DNA of 18,201 nt from NCBI GenBank assembly GCA_016748015.1, contig JAAOMT010000385.1:16356-34556 (forward strand), in the 5' to 3' direction. The notes beneath the pieces are model-generated. The model was not told the DNA's origin, did not search any database, and worked only from the letters and a program-made list of their open reading frames with translations. The stretch is from Geosiphon pyriformis uo1. Lineage: Eukaryota > Fungi > Glomeromycota. This document shows positions 1 to 8,698 of the stretch, one piece after another (positions within the stretch are counted from its first letter, which is position 1; every line of letters begins with the position of its first letter). A program made the translations under genes and the position numbers.

Positions 1-49
1 AAAAAATATTGGATATATTTTTATTGTATTTAATTTTTAGATTTTATGT

Positions 50-246
50 TTTTTTATATGTAACTATTAATAATTAGATTAACAATTAAATTAATAATTA
101 AGTTAATAATTAGATTAATAATCAAATTATTAATCAAATTAACAATTATTATCTGAAAATAAAATGGTTAATTATATAATAATAAATAATTAATACATAA
201 AATATTAATAATAATTAAAACTTTAAAAATATTTAATTATATAATA
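50..246 (-). repeat. Highly decayed LTR (U3 part) related to the LTRs at 381-1118/7449-8090
   Basis: 64-147 holds 6-7 12-bp units (agattaacaatt, aaattaataatt, aagttaataatt, agattaataatc...) that are G>A/C>T versions of aggtcaatgatc. They are followed by gaaaataaaatggttaatt, matching aaaaatagagtggctaatt after the array in the younger LTRs. Boundaries approximate. Confidence 0.6.
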
Positions 247-376
247 TTCAAAATTTTTATTTGTATTTTTATAGTTGTTTTTTTAAGAGTTTTATGTTTT
301 TTATAATTTTATTAAGTTAATTTAAAGCTTATTTGTTTTTTATATATTATTTTTTTAATTATATTAAAAAACAATA

Positions 377-380
377 ATAT
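377..380. repeat. Target-site duplication ATAT (partner 8091-8094)
   Basis: atat directly precedes TGTTA at 381 and directly follows TAACA at 8090; a 5-bp match fails (aatat vs atata). AT-rich context lowers specificity. Confidence 0.75.
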
Positions 381-1118
381 TGTTATAAGTTGAAGTAACA
401 AGCTAATGGATAGCAAGGGAAAACAGAATTGTAGAGTAATGAAAATAATCAGAGAAAATTCAACTTTAAAGAGCGAATTGAATGAGTATAGATTCAATGT
501 GCAAGATCAGTCTCATAAAATATCTCAGTCGCTATACTTTTCAAAGGTAACTAAGAAATCTAAAGATAGAGGGATAGTTTGTACTGTCAACAAATGATCA
601 CATTTGGTATAATTTTATGCCTTACATTAGCACTCTTAGAATTCAATATCAAGTATCAGATGTGCTCTTCAGTCACATTTTATTTAATAATCTTCAAATG
701 CTGCAATTACATGTTTCAGGAAAAGGGTAAGGAATAACCAACAAGTAATCTTTTATCTTTAAGATATTCAGATACTTGAAAGTAGGAAAAGAGAAATTAG
801 TGATAAGAGAAAGATTGAGATGAAGTTGTTATTTTATTTCTTTTATTTCTTTGATTCTTTCATGCTTTTCTATAGCTAAGAGATTCATTGCTTATATAGC
901 TGTCAAAAGTAGTCAATAATCAGGTCAATAATCAGGTCAATGATTAGATCATTAATTAGGTCAATAATCAGGTCAATGATTAGATCAATGATCAGGTCAA
1001 CAGTCAAGTTATTGATCAGGTTAATAATCACTTACTAAAAATAGAGTGGCTAATTTATGTGACATCAGTGGCTAATATATGTGATAATTAATAAAAAGTA
1101 TAAGTTTCAACTATAACA
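381..1118 (-). repeat. 3' LTR (738 bp)
   Basis: Starts TGTTATAAGTTGAA and ends TTCAACTATAACA (imperfect terminal inverted repeat). About 90% identical to 7449-8090 over the first 500 nt, without indels. Confidence 0.96.
910..1029. repeat. 10 x 12-bp tandem array (consensus aggtcaatgatc) in LTR U3
   Basis: Units start at 910, 922, 934...1018. Only 2 units are present in the other LTR (7978-8001). Confidence 0.93.
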
Positions 1119-1744
1119 TCATTTTCTCCAAAGAGATTGAGCTTCGGCAAAATCAAGCTATTTATGGTGTAATCTATTAGAAAGGTTTTATCTAACTTAA
1201 AGCTAACTAGTTTGTTGAAGTCTTTTGTGGATAAGGTATATAATACTTGAGGCAAAATGAGTTTTGTATCCAAGAGACCAAATCTTTGTATTAGAGTTTT
1301 GGCTCTTTTAGCAATAGTTAAAACTCTTGGAATATCTAACCATATAATGCCCAAAATTTCTGCCTGTATCTCTGAAGTTGTTTTTTTTATGAGTTTTATA
1401 TCCTCTATAATTTCACCAAGATGACCATAGAGTTCTAATTGTCTTTCATATGACAAGTTTTTGTCTATGGGTAAGATTTCTTGTAGTGTTTTTCCAATTG
1501 TGTTGGAAGGTAAGAGTATAGCTGCTGTTATACTTTCAAACAGATATTTATCCATTTTACTACCAATTTTTTTTCTTCTGGTAGTGGTTTTCTTTGGTCT
1601 AATAATAGTATATGTTCTACTATTATTAGTTATGGTGGTTTGTTTTCCAATGGTCAAAGTAGCATTTGGATAGTTTTTGATCCAATACTCATAAAGAGTA
1701 TAGAAAGTGTTTTGAATGTTTTGATCCAGAAAATAATTGTTCAT
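1088..1744 (-). CDS. Retrotransposon ORF3, 218-aa protein of unknown function (frame open from 1840)
   Basis: Uninterrupted frame in the same sense as gag/pol. First ATG at 1744 lies about 40 nt after the integrase-frame stop (1786-1788); stop is 30 nt inside the 3' LTR. No signal peptide or clear TM helix; basic patch RPKKTTTRRKK. Confidence 0.7.
   Translation of the reverse strand: MNNYFLDQNIQNTFYTLYEYWIKNYPNATLTIGKQTTITNNSRTYTIIRPKKTTTRRKKIGSKMDKYLFESITAAILLPSNTIGKTLQEILPIDKNLSYERQLELYGHLGEIIEDIKLIKKTTSEIQAEILGIIWLDIPRVLTIAKRAKTLIQRFGLLDTKLILPQVLYTLSTKDFNKLVSFKLDKTFLIDYTINSLILPKLNLFGENDVIVETYTFY
1119..1129 (-). other. Polypurine tract
   Basis: Minus strand reads GGAGAAAATGA immediately before TGTTATA of the 3' LTR. 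Confidence 0.7.
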
Positions 1745-1785
1745 GTCGATTGAAAATACCTCTGTTTTGGGAATGATGCATTTAT

Positions 1786-2950
1786 TTATACTTGATTTTT
1801 GCTGATTATTTGAGTCAGTATTACTATAACAGGCAGCCAATTAGGTCGTTTATGATATTTTTTGAGTTGTGTACTGTGAACAGGATGATCATTGAAGATT
1901 GTTTCAGATTGATCTTGAAAAATATAAGAACCATTGTTTAAAACTTTGTTGACTATAAAGGGTCTTTTTCACCAGCTAGAAAATTTATTACCATAAACAT
2001 TGTCTCTATCTGAATAGTATTCTAGTACCAAGTCACCAACACTTAAAGAAAGTGTTTTATAGGTTTTCTTTTTTTTAAGCTTTTCTTAGAACTGTTTTAT
2101 CTTTTTAAAAGCAATTATTCATGCTTCTACCAAAAAGTCAAAAATGGTATTAAGTCTTTTTTGCAAAATGTCTTTGTAATTCCCTATTGTAATTTCTTTA
2201 AAGGGTATTGTTTTAATGTCAGTTTCTATTGGTAGCATTGCCATGCATCTATAGAACAGATAAAAAGATTTATAACTTGTTATGTCATGATTCACAGTTC
2301 GATAAGCAAACAAAGCTGAAGACAATGCTTTGTTTCATAAGTTTGTTTCTTCACTGGTTTTGGCTAAGGTTTTACATAGTGTTCTATTGAAACGTTCCAT
2401 TAGGCTATTTATTTGGGGGTAATAAGAGGAGGAAAGTTTATGACATATTCCCATTTTTCTACAAAGTTTTTCAACTAGTGTACTGAAAAAAGCTCTTCCT
2501 CTATCAAATAAAAGTTTTTTGGAACAGCCATGACGGCAGATGATATCTTTATAAATAAAATTAGCTATTGAGACTGCTGTTTGGTCTGGGGTGGCTCTTG
2601 CTTCTACTCACTTTGTAAGATAGTCAGTAGCTGTAATAATATATCTGTTGCCATTAGGAGTGATTGTTAAAAGTCCAACAACATCTATACCAATTCTGTT
2701 AAATGGTTGACCAACAAAGATTGGATAGATATCTTCTTTGTAATTAGGTTTGTTTTTTCTTTGGCAGATGTCACAGGTTTTAATATATTCAGCAATGTTT
2801 TTTTCCAAAGTAGGCCAATAATAATGAGCTAAAGTTTTCTGAATTGTTTTTGTTTTTCCAAAGTGTCTAGCTAATGGGTTAGTGTGCATGTTGTATATTA
2901 CAATTTCTCTTTCTTCAAATCTGATAACTCTTTGAGGGCAGTCAGGATCT
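1786..2950 (-). pseudogene. pol: pol: integrase (HHCC, DDE core, GPY/F), no chromodomain
   Basis: H-x6-HFG...YYWP...CDICQ; RIGIDVVG; TDYLTK; LLFDRG; YYPQINSLMERFNRTL; ALFAYRT; VGDLVL...W*KRPF...VHSTQLKKY. Internal stops and frameshifts. Confidence 0.93.
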
Positions 2951-3179
2951 TTTCTGTTTCTTTTGTATAATTGGTTCTGGTGGATTAAATAGAAATTTGA
3001 TTGTTTATATAAATGTTCTCTTTACTGTCGAGTGTATTCTGATGGATATTATCCTTACCCAAAAATTTCATTAAAGCAGAGTAGTTGTTCAAGTCTATTA
3101 TTGTGTTTGTTTGTGAAAAAGTTACTAATAATTAAGTTGGTTTGGTTTAAGAGGTTATACTGTTACTGGATGATAAGTT

Positions 3180-3597
3180 TAGAGAGAGCATTGGTGTTTT
3201 GATAATTTGCTTCTTTGTGGTGTTGAATATCATAGTTGAATTCATCTAAGTGGAGTATCTAGCAAGTTATTTGTTTGTGTTCCAGCTTCTTTTTCTTGTG
3301 CAGTCAAACCAAGACTTGATGATCTGTTATCACTAAGAATTTTGCATTAAGAAAATATTGGTCCCAGTAGTTAGTAGCCCAAACTACTGCTAAACATTCT
3401 TGTTCAGTAACTAAATAGTTCTTTTCAACTGATGTGAGAGATTTATTGGCATATGCTATAGCATGTTTTCTGTCATTTTCGTTTTTCTGTAAAAGAACAG
3501 CACCAAGTCCATAGCCAGATGCATCAGTGTGGAGAATAAAAGGTTGATCCAGATCAGATTGTTTGAGAATTGGTTCAATAACAAGTTTTTCCTTCAA
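3180..3597 (-). pseudogene. pol: pol: Ty3/Gypsy RNase H
   Basis: FILHTDASGYGLGAVLLQ...EKNYLVTEQECLAVVWA...VITDH...NTNALSK (decayed NADALSR). Confidence 0.95.
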
Positions 3598-3599
3598 AA

Positions 3600-4460
3600 A
3601 TTCAAAAGTTTTTTGTTAATGAGTGCTCCAGTGATAATTAACATTTTTTCTGAATAGCTAATTGAGAGAAAAGGCAATTTTGGAGAAATCCTTAATGAAT
3701 TTGTGATAGTAAGAGGCCAAACCAAGGAAAAAGTGTAGTTTAGGAACATTTATTGGTTGTCTAATGTTCTGAATTTTTTCAATTTTAGCTGAATCAGGAA
3801 AGATTCCATCTTTTGTAACAAGATGACCAAGAAATTGGGTGGATTAGTGTTCAAAGAAAGATTTAATTAGATTGATCTTAAGGCCAGCATTTCTAAGGAG
3901 GTCAAAAACTTTCTGTAAATGTTTAAGATATTTATCCCAGGTTTTTGAATATACTATTATGTCATTCAAGTAAACCAGAACAAAGTTTTCTTTTACTGAT
4001 TCAAATACTTTATCCATTAAGCATTAAAAAATGAAAAGAACATTGGTGAAACCAAAAAGCATGACTGTGAATTTATAGGTGCCATACTTGATGATAAAGG
4101 CAGTTTTTTTCTGCTTTCTGAATTCATCTCTACTTGCCAGAATTCAGCAGTTAAGTCAATGATTGAGAAAAATACAGCACCATTGAATTTATCTAGCATT
4201 GCATCAATCTTGAGAAGTGGGTATATGTCTCTTATAGTAATAGCATTTAATTGGCAGTAGTCAACACAGAAGCATAGAGTTCCACCTTTCTTAAATACCA
4301 CTACAACTGGAAAAGCCTATTTACTCTTGGTTTCTTGTATGAATCCAAGATCTTTCATCCAGTTTATCTCTTTCTTGATAAACTCATCATTGTGTCAATT
4401 GGATTGATAAAGCTTCAAATGAATGGGGTAAGTTTCTTTGGTGGTAATGGTGTGTTGTAT
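3600..4460 (-). pseudogene. pol: pol: reverse transcriptase and connection
   Basis: HTITT..YPI; PVVVVFKKGGTLCFCVDYCQLN; FSIIDL..FWQV; MLFGFTN; VYLND at 3961-3975 (YLDD with GAT>AAT); FLGH; FLGLASYY. Confidence 0.95.
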
Positions 4461-5039
4461 CACATAGATTTGTTCAGGGATGTCACCTTCTTTTGAGATA
4501 ACTGGGCTATTTCTAGCCAACAGATTTTCAATGTTCACTTTTTTTTCTTCAGGGGAAGGTTTTCTTTGTTCTATAACCAATGATTGGATTTTAGATAGTT
4601 TATTCTCAAAAGACTTTTGTACTTCTTTGAGTTCTTCTCAAGGTATCAAACTAATTGGTTCCCAATTTTTGTAATAGATTAGGCAGGATTTGTATTCATC
4701 ACTTGGTGAATACAAAGGTTTATTACACCAGCACCATCCACAAAAGCCATGTCACCAATAACTGTATTTGGCTTTCTTATTAGGTTTTCTGTCAAAAATT
4801 CTTTTGAGAATATCATAGTAGGGCCAGCAGATCATTTTGCTATTTATCATGATTCCTTCTTTGTCAGCTTTAACATTGTCCAGTGGCTTGCCATTGCTGG
4901 TGAAGATAGTGTAGGCGAGTTTAGCAGTTTTTTCTTGTTCTTTTTGATTTTTATCATCATTGCTTTCATCATTATCTGATTCATCTGATTGTTCTTCTTC
5001 TTTTGTTCTGTTGGGTTACTGAAAGAGTTGTCCAATGTT

Positions 5040-5855
5040 GGCATTTAACCACAATAGGTTTCTTATTACATCTGATGGTTAGCTCACAAAGTTCATAGTC
5101 AAGTAGTGCTTTGGCTTTCTTAAGCCATTTATTACCAACAATGATAGTGTACTCTTTTGCTTCAGACACTTTCATATCAGTTTTAATACTGATACCATTA
5201 ATGTGGACAGGAATAGCTTTGGCTATGCCCAGGCCTTTTTTCTTGTCACCATGTATATTGATCATTGGTCTTGTGGAAGACTCATCAATCTTTCTGCCAA
5301 TTGTTTTAAGAAAATGTTTGGCAATTACACTAACAGATGATCTACTGTCTAAAATCAGATCAATGAAGTAACCAGCCACTTGGGCTTTACAAATCAGAGA
5401 GGTGACATTGCTGTTATCAGCAAATCCAGCTTGATGAGGGCATTTGTTGGTCTTTGGTGTTTTTTTTTTGGTATCAATGATTTGTGAAGATCTTTTCTGA
5501 ACTGTGGATAGGTCATCAATTGGCCAAATGTAATGTGTGCAAGAGTTTCTATGAGATTTTTAACAACAGAATAGGGGCCAAATTTTTGTACTATTTTTGG
5601 AAGTTTCAACTTTGGGGAATTTTTAAAAACTTTAGCCTTTAGCAGCTCATTGTTATTAGCAGTTGATGTGAAGACTTTTTTTGGATCTAAAACAAAATCA
5701 ACTTTGGCTTTCTTCTTCTTTCTGGTTGATTCAGAAGTGTTGATTGCTAATTCATCCATGTTATGATCATCATTAATTATGTTAAAAGCATAAAAGAGGT
5801 TTTCTTCTGGTTGGCTTGTACTTTTACCCTTTGGAGATGTGTTTACCAGTTTAAA
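5040..5855 (-). pseudogene. pol: pol: N-terminal linker plus retropepsin aspartic protease
   Basis: ITFGQLM..P pre-protease motif; LILDSRSS (DSG with GGA>AGA); IIVGNKWL; frameshift at the T9 run 5460-5468. Confidence 0.9.
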
Positions 5856-7396
5856 GACTAATAAACAGTAGCTTCAACTAAAGGATTCTTTCCAAAGAAA
5901 TTGATGTTGGCATGATTGGGTCTTTGATTGAGAACATTATTATTGTTAGATCTGTTATTCTGGGTGTCATTATTTCTGGGAGCTGAAGGAGGCAATGAAA
6001 AATTGTTACAGTCTCTGAAAAAGTTTCCAGTTAGTCCACAGTGATAGTACATAGGTGGGCCATGATTTTGTTGTCTTTAATATAGTGGTTGTTGGGCCTG
6101 ATTGAAGCGGAGTTTAAATTTAGATCTTTGGGGTTGCTGGTTGTCTCTGACTGCTTGGGCCAATGGTTCTAATAGCTGGGCAAAATTAGCTGTAAGTCTA
6201 TCTATTAACTGTTTATTTGGGTCTTGAGTTTGGGCAGCAAAAGAAATAGCAGCCATTTGGGAAGCAGAAGCCATAACAGAAGCAGATGCAAAAACTACAA
6301 GTGTAGATCCTAAGTGCATTCTTTGATTGTCTTCTATTCTTTGAACAAGTTCAATGGCCATATCCATTGTGAGATTATTTTTCAAGGCCAAGAGGGGCCA
6401 AAGAGCATATGATAGATTAGTTCTCAGTCCTTTTGTAAAGAAATGTATTTTCTGCTTTTCTGTCCAATTTTTTCTAGAGTCTATCTATTTAATGAGTTTT
6501 TTTATTGCTTTGGCATATTTTGTCACAACCTTACCAGGGCTTTGAGTTCTTCTTTCTAATTACATATGCTATTTTGAGATTAAGATGGAAGTTTTAAATT
6601 TCATTTCAAACTGGGTAGTGAAAGAAGTGTTGTTTTCTCCAACATTTGCTGGTGCCCATCTAATGGTTCTTTGTTAAGCATTGACATTGGTTTCTTGTAA
6701 GAACCAAGTAGCAAGAGAGCCTTGAAGGTAGCCACCAATGATTTGAAACTTGTATTCATTATCATATTGGTTTGCTGTGGCAGCTTTCTCAAAATCATCC
6801 AGCCATTCGATTGGATCTTGCATATCACCTCTGAATAATGGTAATAGAGTGTTGTTTCTTTGCCCTAAAGCAGTCTGTATACCTTGAAGAGCGATCAGAA
6901 TGTTTTGTTGCAGAGGGTTTTGAGCCATTGGTTCAGGTGTAACTGTTTGTGTGGAGTGTTCTGATTCATTTGAAAAGAGATCAAAAACAGGAGTGGTTTG
7001 ATAGCTTTCTTCTTCTGTTTCAAGAAAAGTTTTTGTTAATTGATGAGCAGCAATCCAAATGTGGATTTGATGATTCAAATATTCAAAATCAGGGGGCTGT
7101 TGTTCAAAAGTTGTTGAGTATAAAAGTTGATTAATGCTGTTGTTTTTTTCTTCACAATTGTCTTCAAAATAAGCTTGGTCAAAATAATAGATTGTATAAG
7201 CTGTGTAGATTTCAGCTAAATGCTCATTCAGGAACCAGTTCCAAAAGTCTTGGAATTGTCTACTGGATTGTTTTTCAATGGGAAAGCAAATCAAGCAAGA
7301 GGGCAAAGAATTGAGTTTAATAAAGTCTAGATTGTTTTTGTTGTGTGCTTCAAAGTGTTCTTCTGATTGTTATAGCAGATATGAATAATTATCCAT
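5843..7396 (-). pseudogene. gag: gag (N-terminal extension, capsid, Zn-knuckle nucleocapsid), one frame with several stops
   Basis: ATG at 7396; LFRGDMQDPIEWLDDFE...YLQGSLATWF; RTQSPGKVVTKY; FTKGLR; YYHCGLTGNFFRDC (decayed CX2CX4HX4C). ORFs 6674-7306, 6077-6391 and 5858-6052 share one frame. Confidence 0.9.
5849..5855 (-). promoter_or_regulatory. Putative -1 programmed ribosomal frameshift heptamer T TTA AAC (gag to pol)
   Basis: X XXY YYZ phase in the gag frame; gag TAA two codons later (5843-5845); the -1 frame is open into the pol frame (FKLVNTSPKG...MDELAIN). Confidence 0.7.
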
Positions 7397-7423
7397 ACAA
7401 TAGAAAACAAAGTGGATTTTGAC

Positions 7424-7442
7424 AACCTTATAAGAAGCACTA
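7424..7442 (-). other. Degenerate primer-binding site, possibly elongator tRNA-Met
   Basis: 6 nt inside the 5' LTR boundary the minus strand reads TAGTGCTTCTTATAAGGTT, a transition-decayed form of TGGTGCTCC...GAGGTT (complement of a GCACCA 3' end and T arm). Confidence 0.5.
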
Positions 7443-7448
7443 CTTTTA

Positions 7449-8090
7449 TGTTACAGGTTGGAGTAACAAGCTAATGAATAGCAAAAGAGAACAGGATTGT
7501 AGAGTGATGGAAATAATCAAAGAAAATTCAACTTCAAAGAGCGAATTGAATAAGTATGGATTCAATGTACAAGATTAGTCTTATAAAATATCTCAGTCAC
7601 TATACTTTTCAAAGGTAACTAGGAAATCTGAAGGTAGAGAGATAGTCCGTATTGTCAACAAATGATTACACTTGGTATAATTCTATGCCTCACGTTAGCA
7701 CTCTTAGAATTTAATATCAAGTATCAGATGTGTTCTTCAGTCACGTTTTATTCAATAATTTTCAAATACTGCAATTACACGTTTCAGAAAAAGGGTAAGA
7801 AATAACTAACAAGTAATTTTTTATCTTTAAGATGTTCAGATACTTGAAAGTAGAAAAAGAGAAATTAGTGATAAGAAAAAAATTGAGATGAAGTTGTTAT
7901 TTTATTTTTTTTATTGCTTTGATTTTTTCATGCTTTTCTACAGCTAAAAAATTCATCACTTATATAGCTGTCAAAAGTTGTCAATGATTAGGTTAATGAT
8001 CACTTACTAAAAATAGAGTGGCTAATTTATATAACATCAGTGGTTAATACATATGATAATTAATAAAAAGTATAAGTTTTAACTATAACA
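7449..8090 (-). repeat. 5' LTR (642 bp)
   Basis: TGTTACAGGTTGGAG...AACTATAACA; colinear with 381-1118 except for 96 bp (8 x 12) missing in the array. Confidence 0.96.
7960..7966 (-). promoter_or_regulatory. Putative LTR TATA box (TATATAA; also 892-898)
   Basis: Conserved in both LTRs just downstream (element sense) of the 12-bp array; AATAAA motifs follow about 50 nt later. Confidence 0.55.
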
Positions 8091-8253
8091 ATATAATTAT
8101 TATTATATATTTAAGTATATATTTATCTATTTTATTATTAATTTTTTTTTATTAATAATTTTTTTGACTTAATAATAGTATGTATTTTATTATTATTAAT
8201 TATAATAATTTGTTTAATAATTAAAATAGTATTTAAATAACTTTTGGTTTAAC

Positions 8254-8467
8254 TTTTATTATTATTATTAATGAATACAACTTAATCACTATATAGTATA
8301 CAGAAACAAACTAAATAAATCTAACTAGATATAACTTATATATTTGCTATATATAACCAGTTATTTAAGTCAATCAAAACAATATTACATTTTTATATAA
8401 ACTTCTGTACTATTGTTTATGCTTGAAAAAAACAAACACATTTTATACAGACCAAAACTAACTACAA
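8254..8467 (-). mobile_element. 3' end of a second, older LINE copy related to the element at 11002-17824
   Basis: Minus strand encodes VVSFGLYKMCLFFSSINNSTEVYIKM*, versus AVSFGRHRLCHFFSGLGGNASVHIDV* at the ORF2 end. Its 3' UTR aligns with 17694-17810 largely by transitions and ends in (TAA)n. Runs into the gap. Confidence 0.85.
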
Positions 8468-8698
8468 NNNNNNNNNNNNNNNNNNNNNNNNNNNNNNNNN
8501 NNNNNNNNNNNNNNNNNNNNNNNNNNNNNNNNNNNNNNNNNNNNNNNNNNNNNNNNNNNNNNNNNNNNNNNNNNNNNNNNNNNNNNNNNNNNNNNNNNNN
8601 NNNNNNNNNNNNNNNNNNNNNNNNNNNNNNNNNNNNNNNNNNNNNNNNNNNNNNNNNNNNNNNNNNNNNNNNNNNNNNNNNNNNNNNNNNNNNNNNNN
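8468..8698. other. Assembly gap (231 N)
   Basis: Run of N. Confidence 1.

Larger units (their letters stand above)
381..8090 (-). mobile_element. Full-length degenerate Ty3/Gypsy (Metaviridae) LTR retrotransposon with gag, pol (PR-RT-RH-IN) and an extra ORF3
   Basis: Paired direct LTRs with TG...CA ends, 4-bp ATAT flanks (377-380, 8091-8094), and capsid, Zn knuckle, protease, RT, RNase H and integrase motifs in Gypsy order on the minus strand. Many stops and frameshifts. Confidence 0.97.

Noticed and set aside
406-597. 63-aa antisense ORF in the LTR
   Set aside because: The counterpart in the other LTR has a premature TAG and no motif is recognisable.
910-1029. Possible CRISPR-like array
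   Set aside because: Head-to-tail 12-bp units without unique spacers, inside an LTR, with no cas genes.
1088-1840. ORF3 as env or chromodomain
   Set aside because: No signal peptide, convincing TM segment, Cys pattern or chromo aromatic motif is visible.
5829-5866. 38-nt GT...AG segment as an intron fusing gag and pol
   Set aside because: Very short and without a good donor or branch point; the phased slippery heptamer explains the frame change better. Not fully excluded.
1461-7134. Plus-strand ORFs (1461, 4480, 4749, 5111, 6354, 6949) and off-frame minus ORFs (4847, 6601)
   Set aside because: Shadows of the minus-strand gag/pol/ORF3; their hydrophobicity reflects the T-rich antisense strand.
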